A stretch of 64,000 bases of DNA from Cenococcum geophilum (GCA_050273025.1 CP158635.1:15500001-15564000), one strand, 5' to 3'; numbered from the stretch's first letter, positions 1-13,757 are shown. Notes: generated by a model from the sequence alone, not told the origin. Program-made: numbers and translations.

Positions 1-392
1 TATACCGAGCATGGATCAACCAGCAGAAGGCTTGACGAAAGCTCACTAAAGGACGCCTATAAGGCGATCAAAGAAGGTGTCGGGGCCACTAAAGTCACCT
101 AGGCCACCTGGGTCACCTAGTCCTAATTAGGAAATCATACTACGACCGGCGGAACCTCGGAATTGGTGCCAATCGACTCAGTTTAAAATTTCAAAAGCTT
201 ACTAATACTACTTTTCAGCATGGGAGACTTATCTCGGTCCCAGACGATCAACCAATCATAAGCTGCTTACATAACCTTATGTTGTTGTCGTCTGGTACAC
301 GGTTCGGAAATTTGTTAGTCCCTCGCGCCGATTAATATATAATTCTTATATAAACTCACGCGCCATACTAAATCCTTTAGCTATTAATTAAC

Positions 393-692
393 AACGAACT
401 AACGCCTTTATAAATAATCGGCCAATGTTATGTTTTAGAACTTTATAGGGCGATTTTAATGCTACCAAAATTATTGCAAACGGCCTGGTGGTTACTACTA
501 CATTTCGCCTTAAATAAGCGAATCTCCTCTTTAAAGCTCTGCTTAAAACTCTACTACTATTAATTAATAACAAACTAACGCCTTTATAAATAATCGGCTA
601 ACGTTATATTCTAGAGCTTTATAAGGCAATTCTAACGCTACCAAAATTATTATAAACGGCGTTATGGTTACTGCTATATTTTGCCTTAAATA
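393..692 (+). repeat. ~180-bp tandem duplication (1.7 copies)
   Basis: AACTAACGCCTTTATAAATAATCGGC...TTTCGCCTTAAAT occurs at ~396 and again at ~573. Confidence 0.8.
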
Positions 693-857
693 TTACCACT
701 AAAATAGTAAATATTTAGCCAGAGCTATTAACCATTACCAATCCTTAACATTTAACCTCCTATATTAATATTTATAGTAGATAAATACCTAAATAGCTAA
801 TATATTGTATCTAGACTAACTCTGGGCCTTATTACCTGCTTTATTGCTCTTCCACTG

Positions 858-1330
858 CCTGCATAAACGCCTACACAAAAGCCTGCACGAAAGCCTGCAC
901 GAAGCCTGCACGACGTCTGCACGAACGCCTGCACGAATACAAACTCTATATAAAGCTCTGCACAAGGCTCTGCACGAGGCTCTGCTTAAAGCTCCGGTCG
1001 AAGCTCCGGTCGAAGCTCTGGTCGAAGCTCCGGTCGAAGCTCTGGTCGAAGCTCCGGTCGAAGCTCTGGTCGAAGCTCTGGTCGAAGCTCTGGTCGAAGC
1101 TCTGGCCGAAGCTCTGGCCGAAGCTCTGCTCGAAGCTCTGCTCGAAGCTCTGCTCGAAGCTCTGCTCGAAGCTCTGCTCGAAGCTCTGCTCGAAGCTCTA
1201 TACGAGGCTCTGCTTAAAGCTCTGCACAAAGCTCTGCTCAAAGCTCTATACGAGGCTCTGCTCAAAGCTCTGCACAAGGCTCTGCTCGAAGCTCTACTCA
1301 AAACCTTATATAGAGCTTTAAAGCTCTACT
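858..1330 (+). repeat. 12-bp minisatellite (GAAGCTCTGCAC / GAAGCTCTGGTC / GAAGCTCTGCTC variants)
   Basis: Directly visible tandem array. It accounts for the EAL-repeat and RAS-repeat ORFs in the track. Confidence 0.95.
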
Positions 1331-1384
1331 AACACAGCACTAATATACTACGAAGGTTCTATAATTAGCTATATAACCACCTAT

Positions 1385-3160
1385 ATAATTATTATTATTA
1401 ATTCTATTTATTGCCCAATTTAGTCCCCTTTTAGGTCTATATAGGAAAAAGCCCTATAAGGGGAAAATCCTAAGTATTTCCTTTTAGCTAGTCCTATTTG
1501 TTCCGCCTTTACCTAGCTAGTATATCTTTATATCTTCTAGTCTACCTTATATACTATACTTCCTAGGTATATTAGAAAATCTAAAAGAAGTAGTAAAAGG
1601 GTTTAGAAATTCGCTAGTAAGCCGCCTATAGCTAGGTGGGGGTATTTAGTCCTTAAGGGGCTAGAATAGGGCGTATTATTTAGTATCCTCCTATTAGATC
1701 TTATATGCTATTTAAAACTACTAAAGAATTCCTTAGCCTATAAGCTATTTTACTACTATTTATAAGCCCCTACTTATAGAGAGTATCTAAGTAATATTAT
1801 TTATACCTACGCTAGTAAGTAGCTAGTCCCTTACTAAGCGGTAGCTATAAAATAGTAGTATATAATATACTAACTAAATAGGCCACCGGTATATATATTA
1901 AGGTAACTAAAAAGTAGTCTATATAGGCCTAATAGGGATCTAAATTAGACGTTAAGTAATAAATAAATATTATTATATATTAAGGTAAGATATTTAGAAT
2001 ATAGATATTAGCTATATATTTAGACCTAGGACCTTTATCTATAGTAGAAAAACGGCTATAGATTTTACCCTCGTTAGTCCTTTATATAAAAAAAGAGTTA
2101 GTATTAACTATAGGGTATTATTTGTATTAACTTAATAATATAAGTAAGTTATATCCAGGGGCACGAAATACGTATAGTATTGTATGCTCTTTTGGATAGT
2201 GGTGACTTTTTCTTTTAATTGTATATAAATAGGAGGAATTTAAGGGGTTTCCTGAGCTCGCTTAGCTTACGTAATTACGTCTATAAATTCTCGTGCGAAC
2301 TTATATAGACAGGTATTCTATATAGCTACGTCTTATATTTTTACTACCTCCTTCTATTATTACTTCTATTTAAGATCTACCTATCTTATAATTAGTATAG
2401 TAAATCTCTATCTATATTAGTAACCTCCTATCCTCTATTGCTATTATAGTACTCTACTAGTATAACGCTAGGTCTTTATCTAATAAGATAATTATTTCCT
2501 TATTTCCTTTTCTCTCTATTATTTATAGGTAAAGGGCTTCCTAGCTAGTATATTTAGGCATATTACCTCTTTAAGGGGCTATCGCTTCTTATATATATCT
2601 CGTTCCTTATATACGTTTTAGTATTTAGTATATATTTTCTTCTACTAGGTAGCCTTATACTATAACTACTCTCTATATAGTAGTTAAGTTACTATATAAG
2701 TCTAGTAGTAGAACTACTACTTCGCGTTTTAATATAGCGCGTAGTATTCTTCTATAGGCCCCTATAGTTCTATATAGGCACTAGTTTTATAGCTTAGCTA
2801 GTAGCGCTAGTAAGCTTTTTACTAGTACCTTACCGCCTAGTCCTAAGCCCTAGATTTAGGAGCCGTATAGTATTATTAGCCTTACTACTACTATATATAG
2901 TAGGCGTATATATTTAAAAGAGGGTCCTTATATTAAGGTAGTTATTTATAATACTGCTAAAAGTACTACTCCTCCCTTATAAGTAGTCTATATAATATAC
3001 TTATTCTAGTTTAACCTAGAGTCTACCTAAACCCCTAGGACCTTAAGGGTAGCTTCTAGTTTTACTTTATAGCCTTAGATATTTACTATTAAGACTAGGT
3101 TACTACTTACCCTTCTTTTCCTTATAAAGTAGATAAGCTAGTAATTATCTTAGACTATAT
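1385..3160 (-). mobile_element. Tad1-like LINE, 3' fragment (RIP-degraded)
   Basis: Begins with the reverse complement of the LINE 3' tail seen at 5545-5610 and is the inverse of copies at 4480-5610 and 5700-7155. Confidence 0.8.
2119..2311 (-). mobile_element. Solo LTR of the Copia family found at ~47.8-52.8 kb
   Basis: Termini TA(=TG)TTTG...TAGACA are flanked by the 5-bp TSD GGTAT (2114-2118, 2312-2316). 2119-2207 is the reverse complement of ~47880-47969. Confidence 0.85.
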
Positions 3161-3499
3161 ACCTGTACGGATAACGCTTAATGTTGCTATACTAGCGTAA
3201 CAAACCTGCTAAAGATACGTTACTAAGAAATTTAACTTAAAAAAGTATACCTAGGAAGTTACTAATAGGCTAGTAGCTATACCTTAGGTATTACTAGAGA
3301 ATATCTAAAGGATTATAAGTAACTACTTAAAAGAATACTACCTAAAGGCCTAGCCTAGAAAATACGCCTACCGTAAATAGTTACTAGAAACGGCCTAACT
3401 ACTTATAGGCGTAAAAAGGGTAAGGTAATAGTATAGCGTAATAAATAAAGCCTACTACTAATAGAGCTATAAGGCCCTAAAGAATAGGCCTAAGAAGAT

Positions 3500-5610
3500 A
3501 ATATAAAAGGAGGGTAGAAATAGCTAGCGCTAATTTCTAAAAGAAATTACCTTAGACCCTACTAAACTATATAATAAGGGACTCTAGTATATATTAAAGT
3601 AAAATGGGCGAGCTGCTAAAGAGACGCTAGGGGACTTTTACCTATTTATACTTTACTAGATAGAATAGGACTAGTATATAAATAATAATAAGGAAAATAT
3701 TAAAATATTAGTAGAGGTTCTTTTTAGGCGCGGGCTAAACAGACCTATAGAATATTAGTAGCTAATTCTACCCCTTACCTATTAATATAAGTTATATAAT
3801 ATTAGTAAAAGAAATAAAGGACACTATATAAAAGCTCCCTACTAGTAAAGCGTTAAAGCTAAATAAGGCAATTAAAGCTATAGTAAAAGCGGTAGTAATA
3901 CTATTCGCTAACGTCGTAACTACCTACCTTTAGAGAGGCAAACTACCTAAATACTTTAAAGTAATAACTATAGTCGTCTTATAAAAGGTATAAAAAAAGA
4001 CTACTCTATTTTAGAAAACTACTAACCCTAAAAAGGCTCTTAAAAAAGATAGTTATAAAACGTATATAAGAAGCGGCAGAAGTATAAAAGCTACTACCGT
4101 AGATATAAATAGGCTTAAGAAAGAAAAGATTAACCCTTTTAGCCCTCTTCCTAATTACCTCTAGTATCTAAGCGGTATAGTAAGCTTACTTAGGATATAT
4201 TATATCTATACTAAGCCTAGACCTAAGCGGAATATTTAATAATATATTATATAAGAGACTTCTATAAATCCTAAAAAATAAAGGCCTACTAAACTAGATA
4301 ATTAAGTTTATCTAAGCCTTTCTAATAGGGTGTACTATAAAAATTATAATTAAGGGCTATAAAAGCGAATTAATACTAATACCTATAGGTATTATATAGG
4401 GATTACCCCTATTTCTAATTCTAATTATTTTCTTTATATCTAAACTACTAGAGATATATAATAATAGCTAGAATAATAGCTATATAGAATTATAGGGGCC
4501 TATAAAAGGACACTATATGCCGTAATAGAACGTAAAGTAGTAGTACTGCTACTAGACGTATATATAGAAGCAACTGCTATATAGAGGGCATCCATAGTAT
4601 AAGGCCACCTAGTAGAGAAGGAGATATATTAGATAGTAGAGCGTATATAAGAAGCAAGGGCCCTATAAAGAGGTATCACGCCTAAGCTTATAAGTTAAAA
4701 AGTCCTCTATTTATAAGTGGTAGAGAAAGAATAGGAAATATAAGAGCTACTATAATACTTAGCGCCACGCTAATAGAGCATTATAATAATAATAGAGGAT
4801 ATGGGGCCACTAGTATAAGTGGAGATCTACTATATACATCGCAAGATAGGTAGATATTAATTAGAAACGATGCTAAAAGAAAGCGGTAAAAGCATAGAGA
4901 GGAACTACGTGGAGCACCCTATAAATAATATTAACTTTCTCCCTATATAAAGGACAGATAAAGGCAGAATTTATAGCTGCCTTTCTATTATAGATAGAGG
5001 TCTTAGAACTAAACGTATATCTAGTAAGCATCTATATCCTAAATACTATACTATACTATACTATACCATACGTATAAATAGCCTATATAGTTAGTACGCT
5101 ATATAATACTCTTCTATAACTACTATATAGTAAAAGACTAGCTATTTACTAGGGCGGGCATAAATAATATTACCTAAATACTATTTATAAGTAGGGGCCT
5201 ATATAAAACAGTATAATAGTTTATAGGTTAAGAAGTCCTCTAGTAGTTCTAGATAGCGTATAAGATCTAATAGGAGGACATAGGGGAATACGCCCCTTTT
5301 TAGCCCCTTAGGGACTAAACAACCCTACTAAGCTAAAGGCGGCTTATAGGCGACTTACTATACCCTTCCACTACCCCCTAGACCTTCTAAAATACCTTAG
5401 AAGTATAGTATAAAAGGTAAATATATTATAAAGGTAAATAGGCTAAGCGTAGGCGGAGCGCGTAAGACTAGCTAAAAGGATACACTTAGGTTTTTCCCTT
5501 ATTAGGGATTTTTCCTATAAATAGAAGGTAGAAGCCTATATAGACCTAGTAAAGGGACTAAATTGGGCAATAAATAGAATAAATAGAATAAATAAATAAT
5601 AATAATAATA
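3500..5610 (+). mobile_element. Tad1-like LINE: reverse transcriptase relic with internal deletion, plus 3' end with (AATAGAATA)/(AAT)n tail
   Basis: With RIP reverted, motifs KAPG-like (~3848), LLP..Q.G.RK.RST (~4090), LDLSG.F.N (~4215) and G..QGSPLSPIL (~4388) are readable. Simple-repeat tail at 5570-5610. Confidence 0.85.
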
Positions 5611-5699
5611 GCTAGGATATAATAGTTTTAGAATTTATAGATAATATAAACTTAATTATATAGGGAAATATAGTAGTAGAAAACTATACTAGGCTAAAC

Positions 5700-7155
5700 T
5701 AGGCATATAATAGGTACATTATATAGGCAAAACAATATAGCGCTAAATTTGTATTAGATAATTACTAGCTTATCTACTTTTTAAGGGAAAAAAGGGTAAG
5801 TAGCGACCTAGCCTTAATAGTAAATATCTAGAGCTGCGAAGTAAAACTAGAAGCTACCCTTAAGGGTTTAGATAAACTCTAGGTTAAACTAAAACAAGTA
5901 TATTATATAGACTACTTATAAGGGAGAAGTAGTACTTTTAGCAGTATTATAAATAACTACCTTAATATAAGGACCCTCTTTTAAATATATACGCCTACTA
6001 TATATAGTAGTAGTAAGGCTAATAATACTATACGGCTCCTAAATCTAGGGCTTAGGACTAGGCGGTAAGGTACTAGTAAAAAGCTTACTAGCGCTACTAG
6101 CTAAGCTATAAAACTAGTGCCTATATAGAACTATAGGGGCCTATAGAAGAATACTACGCGCTATATTAAAACGCGAAGTAGTAGTTCTACTACTAGACTT
6201 ATATAGTAACTTAACTACTATATAGAGAGTAGTTATAGTATAAGGCTACCTAGTAGAAGAAAATATATACTAAATACTAAAATATATATAAGAAATAAGA
6301 TATATATATAAGAAGCGATAGCTCCTTAAAGAGGTAATACGCCTAAATATACTAGCTAGGAAGCCTACTACCTATAAGTAGTAAAGAGAGAAAAGGAAAT
6401 ATAGAAACTATTAGCTTACTAGGCGGAGACCTAACGCTATACTATTAGAGCGCTATAATGGTAATAGAGGATAAAAGGTTACTAATATAGATAGAAATCT
6501 ACTACACTAATTATAATATAGGTAGATCTTAAATAGAAGCGATAATAGAAGGAGGTAGCGAAAATATAAGACGCAGCTATAAAGAACACCCTATAGTTAA
6601 TACTAATAAAGGTAAAATCTATAGTTGCCTTTCTACTATAAATAGAGGTTTTAGGCCTAAATATATAGCTAGTAAGCATCTATATTTTAAATACCTTACC
6701 TTAATATATATACGGGTGGCCTATTTAGTTAGTACGCTATATATTACTATTCTACAGTTACCACTTAGTAAGGTACTAGCTATTTACTAGTATAGGCATA
6801 AACAATATTACCTAAGTACTCTCTATAAGTAGAGGCCTATAGGTAGTAATAAGATAGCTTATAAGCTAAGAAGTTCTTTAATAGTTCTAAATAGTATATA
6901 AGATCTAATAGGAGGATACTAAAGGGTACTCCATTTTCTAGCCCCTTAAAGACTAAATATCCCTACCTAGCTGTAGGTAGTATGCTAGCGAATTACTAGA
7001 TACTTCTACTACCCCCCCCCTCTAAATCTTCTAATATACCTAAAAAATATAGTATATAAGGTAGACCTAAAGATATAAAGATATATTAGTTTGGTAAAGG
7101 TAGAATATATAAAACTAGCTAAAAGGAAATACTTAGGGTTTTCCCTTTATAGGAA
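5700..7155 (+). mobile_element. Tad1-like LINE 3' fragment
   Basis: Near-identical inverse of 1450-3130. Confidence 0.8.
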
Positions 7156-7159
7156 AAGG

Positions 7160-7563
7160 CCCTATAAAGGGAAAATCCTAAGTATTTCCTTTTAGTTAGT
7201 TTTATATATTCTACCTTTACTAAACTAATATATCTTTATATCTTTAGGTCTACCTTATATACTATACTTTTTAGGTATATTAGAAGATCTAGGGGGGGTA
7301 GTAGGAGTATCTAGTAATTTATTAGCGTACTATCTACAGCTAGGCAGCGGTATTTAGTCTCTAAGGGGCTAAAAGGGGTATATCCTTTAGTGTCCTCCTA
7401 TTAGATCTTATATACTATTTAGAACTACTAAAAAACTCCTTAGCCTATAAGCTATATTAATCCTACTTATAGAGAGTATAAGTAATATAATTTATACCTA
7501 TACTAGTAAATAGCTAGTACCTTACTAAGTAGTAGCTATAGAAAAGTAGTATATAGTATACTA
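7160..7563 (-). mobile_element. Tad1-like LINE fragment, left part (continues at 30515-31192)
   Basis: Colinear with 1450-1872. It stops at ATAC-TA and resumes at 30515 with TA-ACTAAATAGG, matching the uninterrupted copy at ~1861-1882. Confidence 0.85.
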
Positions 7564-7619
7564 CATCGGGAAAATATTCGCAGGATGAGATTCAAGTAGA
7601 CTTTGTTTAGCGCGTTTCG

Positions 7620-7875
7620 CGTAATTAATATACAATTGACCAACTTAATATATAACTTGACTAACTTAATACGTAATTGACCAACTTGACATATAACTTA
7701 ACCAACTTAATACGCAATTAACTAACTTAACATTTAACTTAACCAACTTAATACGCAATTAACTAACTTAATATGCAATTGACCAACTTAATATATTTAA
7801 AAGTTAAATAACACGTAGTTGACCTACTTAATAACTTTAAAAGCTAACTGCATATTCCTTAATATGTAATTAAGG
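7620..7875 (+). repeat. Subterminal 21-bp repeats (AACTTAATACGCAATTAACTA-like)
   Basis: About 10 tandem copies. Also present in the second copy at 35447-35710, and the core is inverted near the right end (CAATTGCGTCAA, ~30457). Confidence 0.9.
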
Positions 7876-7969
7876 TAATGTAATATATTATTTTAAAGTT
7901 GTATGCCAATTGCGTAAATGAATTTTTACTATTTTTTTAGCCTGTAGTATGCTAGCTTATAATATATAT

Positions 7970-8298
7970 TATATACAATCTTATATAATCTTATATAATC
8001 TTATATAATTTTATACAATCTTATATAATCTTATATAATTTTATATAATCTTATATAATCTTATATAATCTTATATAATTTTATACAATCTTATATAATC
8101 TTATATAATCTTATATAATTTTATACAATCTTATATAATCTTATATAATCTTATATAATTTTATACAATCTTATATAATCTTATATAATCTTATATAATT
8201 TTATACAATCTTATATAATCTTATATAATCTTATACAATCTTATATAACCTTATATAATCTTATACAATCTTATATAGTCCCATATAGTCTTATATAG
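7970..8298 (+). repeat. 10-bp tandem array (TTATATAATC)n
   Basis: About 33 copies, directly visible. Confidence 0.95.
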
Positions 8299-8339
8299 GT
8301 TTATTATTATATTATATATTACAGGTTCTATACTAGCTT

Positions 8340-11300
8340 AGCTGCTTTTGCTATTTATCCTAGCTTCTATATAATAACGTGATGCGAGTTCCTTCTTTAA
8401 GAAAGTTGTCCGAGTATAGAGTATTATATTAGTCCCAATTAATATAATTATTAATATAGTACAAATCTGGATAAGAAGTAGCGGCTAGAATAATATGCGC
8501 GCTTTATAAAATAGATGGCATTAAATAAAAGCAACTACCTCTAAGTACTTGCCTAGTATTTACGCTTAAACGCGGCTACCTTTTCACCTTAACTATACCG
8601 TATATTAGATGCGGTAGTCTATAATTTAATAGCTAAAGCAGCTCTACTATAGCTCTAGTATACTGTATATATACACCGTACTTATCTAACCTTTTAATAT
8701 CTAGAATAGTAATAATTAGCTAAAGCTGGCCTATAAGTCTTCTACCTAACGGCGTGCGGCCCTTTCTAATACGGTTGCCGTTATCTATATACTCCTAGAC
8801 CTATATATAATCACGCCTCCACTAGTTAAAATATTGCTAATTTAGTGTGCAACATACTACCTCACTAATTTAGCCCTTAAGGTTAGTTGTATTTTTTCCA
8901 TCTCGTTTCTAACAGTAAATAGATGGATATATTTTAATAAGTAGGCGCTTAACCTATAAGGGGTCCTTCTCTTTCTGGTCTATATCGGAGTTCTAGGTAT
9001 ATTTACCTTATAGTTTTCGCCTATACTTTTGGATAAATACCGTAATGCCGTCTAGAAACCCTAGGATTTTGTAGTAGTTTGCTATATAAGATATATAAAG
9101 CCACGTCTTTAACCTAAGACGCCTCTAGATAAGATCTATTGCCCTATTTATATCTTCTAAAGGCTACCGAAGCTTTGCAACTGCTAAATACTATATTAGT
9201 TAAGTAACCTACACCTCTAGATGCTGGGAAGACTGTGGTATAGAATTACTATTTATAAAAGCTATTTCGTCTTCTATTGCTAGTACTACTACCCATCTTA
9301 AATTATAAGAGCAGATTTAAGATAGCGAATCCCGTTTATTTATTAAGTTATAAAACGCCTTAATAATATAATGGTGTCTAGCTTCGCCATTTACGCTAGT
9401 GCAGTACCCATCTACACATCTATATAGGCGGATATTTTCCTTAAAATATACAAGGGCATGGAATTTTGGTATATTAAAATAGCCTATATTAGAATCCTTT
9501 GCCTTTAGACGGAAACTTTAAAACATACCTTTAAGTATATTAATTTGATATAGGGCGTGGTGTATATATTATAGTGTCTCCTTATTATAGGTGTGATACT
9601 AAGCTATAATAACGAAGTTATATACGGCTCTTATAAAATGCATAGCATATAATTCCCTAGATAATAGTAGTGGGGCTAGTATAGCGATAAGTTAACGAAC
9701 TATAGCATTTTATTTATTACCTATCTATTAAGTAACTTTACTAAATAACAGGTTATTAAACCGTTTTAGCCCTATAAAAGCCGGGACTTATTTAAAACGC
9801 TAATTAAGCTAAGCCTCCGCAGACATATTTATTGTAGTTATTTTTATCCCTCTTCTCTTTCTTTTTAGCTAAATAATATCATCTACCAGTTTCCGTACCT
9901 ATTCAATAAGTCGTATAATAATACCCTTTAAAAGCTAATATAGAACATCTACTATTATACCCTTATAGATATTAAATAGGCGATAATGCTATATGAAATA
10001 TTTTACTAGGTATACCCAGTCGTCTAAGGATGGAAGAATATTCTTTAGTTTCTAGCGTTTAATCTATCTTCTTGTCTCCTTATAGGTGCGTAGCGGGTAT
10101 TATTTCTTAATTAAGTTCTCGCGCTTTAGAGGGGGGACTTAGTATATAGTGCAGTGCTGTCGGCTTTTAATACCTGTAAGTAGTATTTATTCTTTATAGT
10201 CTGCCATTATTCTATATATAATTAGATAACATCGTTATATAAAATTATTCGTATATTAAAGGTCTACGCCGCTTTCTATAAGATGCTTAATTGCTATTAT
10301 ATTTTAGTTAATAGAATATAGCGTTAGAATACTAAAGCAGGACTTACGTTTAAATATAGTTCTTATTGCCTTATAATATGCTTTACTTTTTATATTATTA
10401 TCTTTTTCTTTAATAACTGGTATAAAGCTAATAAGGATATTTATGGGGGATATCTATCGGCGCCGAACTTGTTAGTTAAGATTACTAATAGTAAGATATA
10501 CCGGCTAGGCCAATTTATCGCTATAGTATATTATTAGCTAGGTCTTATTAACTGCTATAAGTATAGGAACTACTATAGCACCGCTAGGAAGCTTACCTTA
10601 TATCTCCTACTACCAGTTACCGCTGTATAGCTTATTATAGACTTAGTGGTTTTTGGCATTATAAAGTCTCTTTAGTATATATACCAGTGCATCTTTAAAG
10701 GGTTAATAGCCAATTAGAAAGGTAATTACATTTATAATATCCTAGTAAAGAATATAGTATTCCCTCTACTTAGAGCCTTTAATATACAATTCCACCTTAT
10801 ACTCTAATTGGAGCTATTGTTTGTCTTATATACTAAATAGAATAGCGGTAATTAGTTCTTCCTATTAATTTATAAATTAGAAGCTAAGTAGGCTATAAAG
10901 TAGGCTAAGGTGGGTGTCTTTAAGTAGTGTATTAACGTCTCCCTTTATACAGCGAATGCGGTGCAGCTATATTAAAAAGACGTAATTAAACTCTAAATAA
11001 AAAGGATTATATAGTATACTTTGGCTATTATTGTGTTATAATATGGTAATATCTAAAATTGTCTAGCTAACTTACTATATATTATTATCAGTCTCGCATA
11101 AAATTGGTTTACCCGCCTTTATATTCTTAGTTGCTTTAAATATCTCTACTCTAAGTAATAATAATAACGATATAACGCTTTTCTAATATAGTATACCGTA
11201 TAGAGGCACTAGATAGGCATTCTGCTTATATTTTACCGCCACCGGAGCGTACTTATTGGTATCTATATTTATACTATCTAGTTATAATCGCGCGTTATTT

Positions 11301-11600
11301 AACCAATAAGAGTAGTAGAATTAATCGTGAATTATAAGCAGTCGGGCCGCAATAAATATATAAGTGTTGTATCTTTCTTCGCGTGCTTTTTTATAGACGT
11401 ATTAGTAGCTAGGTAGCCGCCTTTTATAGTACTATAGGTGTTAGTAAAGGCCGCCGTAACTCTTAGGGGTATAAGAACACCATAGATAGCTCTGCTGTAT
11501 TATCGCTAATTATATATTAAATAATATGGTATTATTTCTAGGTGTAAAGAGTACGTATTATAGTACTAACGGTTAATTGCCGGTATTGATTTATATAAGT
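8340..11600 (-). pseudogene. Plavaka transposase (RIP-inactivated, with introns)
   Basis: Minus-strand translation with RIP reverted gives LPSGA.VVPILIAVDKTQL..H.GDKLAWPVYLTIGNL.QQVRRR (~10590-10455) and FNIPKFHALVHFKENIRLYGC.DGYCT...GEAGH (~9479-9372). These are hallmark Plavaka motifs. The 5' end is uncertain. Confidence 0.85.
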
Positions 11601-11657
11601 GGCTTAGCTTTATAGCTGCTAAGAGTATACCTTTTATTTTCTTACTAGAACTAGTTA

Positions 11658-12045
11658 CGCTAAAGTATAAGTATAACTAGCCTAATACTAAGTTTAAGGA
11701 CTTAAAAGAGTCCAAGACAGCTAAAATAGATGCTAAAGCGCAAGTATAACTAGCTTAACACTGAGTTTAAGGACTTAAAAGAGTCTAAGGTAGCTAAACT
11801 AGATACTAAAGTATAAGTATAACTAGCTTAACACCAAGTTTAAGGACTTAAAAGAGTTTAAGGCAGCCGGAATAGACGCTAAAGCGTAAGTATAACCAGC
11901 TTAATACCGAGTTTAAGGACTTAAAAGAGTCTAAGGCAGCCAAACTATACGCTAAAGCGTAAGTGTAACTAGCTTAACACCGAGCTTAACACTAAGTTTA
12001 AGGACTTAAAGAGTCTAAAGTAGTAGAACTAGATACTATAAACTA
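11658..12045 (+). repeat. 73-bp tandem repeat, ~5 copies
   Basis: AAGGACTTAAA recurs at 11696, 11769, 11842, 11915 and 12000. Confidence 0.9.
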
Positions 12046-12069
12046 AAGACTTAATAGTACCTAAAAAAC

Positions 12070-12809
12070 CTTTATCCGTCTAAATAATAATATATAGTAT
12101 TTTTAGGCAATGGCTATAGGACCACAGCTACGGCAAAGATATTATTTACTACTAATATTACAGAGCCCAATGATATTAGCTATCCGGACCTATAAATTCC
12201 GTTATTTCTATATAAGCCGTAGTAAGAAAAAAAGGGAAGATTAAGGGTAGTGCTAGTTAAGTTAAGATAACTAAATAAGTTAGCACTTAGAACTATAATA
12301 TCCGGTCTTAGATATACAAAGTTCTAACTAATATCTAACTTAAGCTGCCGCCTGGAAGTCTTATATTCATTATTAGGGTAACGCTAGAGGGCTAGGCTGG
12401 ATAATGGGTATTAGCAATAATATAGATAATTTAAAGCCCGCGAAGTAATTAAATAGAAAGCCCGTATCTTATAGGCTAACTACTTATCTTTAATAGCTTT
12501 TAAAAGTTTATTTTTAGAATTCCTTTTAATATCTCCGGTTTCCTATTAAACAGATATATTAGCACGAGCCTATATACTACTAGGGTGCGGAAAGCTAAAA
12601 TACAGTTAGAGCTCTTTAAATAATTTGCTAGAAAAGAATAGGTTATTTAGGTTAGCTTATAGATTGGCCAGCTTAACCTTAATATCCTACCCTAGCTTAT
12701 GAAGATTAGGGCTATCTCTACCCGGTATACTACCGTTAATCTATATATTAGTATCTCCCTTATTTATAGCGGCTAAAGAGGCTTTAGGTGTCTAGTCTCT
12801 AGAAGGCAT
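12070..12809 (-). pseudogene. RIP-degraded ORF of unknown function (or 5' exons of the transposase gene)
   Basis: ATG at ~12809 (MPSRD.TPKASLAA...) is followed by coding-like sequence with RIP-type stops and a GCTAAC..AG intron end near 12270-12290. Confidence 0.35.
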
Positions 12810-13322
12810 TATAATATAGCTTTTAAAAGAGCCCACTCCGCGCTAGGGCACTAGACGCTATATTATAGGTAAAGCTTATAGTAGTTATATAAGGCGGGAT
12901 ATATTTCTAAGCAGTATGCGTTTAGAGAAATTAAGGCTAAGGTAAGCTTAACATAGCTATATTTTTAAAGACAAAGAGGCTATAGTATTGGTTTAGGCGG
13001 CCATAAAAGTTTAAAAGATTAAGTAAATAATAGTAGGAAATAGAAGAAAAAGGCGCATAAATAAGAGTACGGTGTTACAGGGCTAGAGTAACAATAGCTA
13101 TATTATAAATAGCTTAATATACAATTCGGACTACGGGACCTATATACAAATAAGTCTAGTGAATATCTTTAATATAAAGCGTAGTAGCTATAAGTGGGAT
13201 CTAGGATACTAGTTTTAGGTTGCCTATATAGTAGATATAACAGCTTATCTAAAAAAAAGTTGCTTTATTAGTAATATAGCTTAAAAATAGGTTATACTTT
13301 AAGTAAAAGGGTATCCTAAAGC

Positions 13323-13757
13323 CTTATCTTACGCTTATAGGATAAAATACCATATTATATTTTACTTTATTTTATACAATCTTAGACTTTTTATAATATC
13401 TTAGATTATCCCCTACCTCTCTCTACTATACACTTTACCTTATCTTGCACTTATGGGATAAAATACTATATTGTATTTCACTTTTTTTTATACAATCTTG
13501 GACCTTTCATAATGTCTTAAATTATCCCCCCGCCTCTCTCTGCTATGTATTTCACCTTACCTTACACTTATAGAATAAAATACTATATTATATTTTACTT
13601 TTTTGTATAATCTTAGACATTTTATAATATCTTGGATTATCCCCCCGCCTCTCTCTACTATGCATTTCACCTTACCTTACGCTTATAGAATAAAATGCTA
13701 TATTATATTTTACTTTTTCGTACAATCTTAGACATTTTTTAATGTCTTAGATTGTCC
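13323..13757 (+). repeat. ~116-bp tandem repeat, ~3.6 copies
   Basis: (G/A)ATAAAAT(A/G)C recurs at 13341, 13457, 13574 and 13689. Confidence 0.9.

Noticed and set aside
161..200. Further outer inverted repeat with 32215-32243 (AATTGG..AAATTTC)
   Set aside because: The match is short and gapped, with no TSD.
816..1332. 161-162 aa ORFs on both strands (RASS/EALL repeats), and likewise 31253-31672
   Set aside because: They are open only because of the 12-bp minisatellite. There is no unique domain or reliable start.
11658..12045. Regularly spaced repeats resembling a CRISPR array
   Set aside because: Units are contiguous with no unique spacers, and the context is fungal and RIPed.
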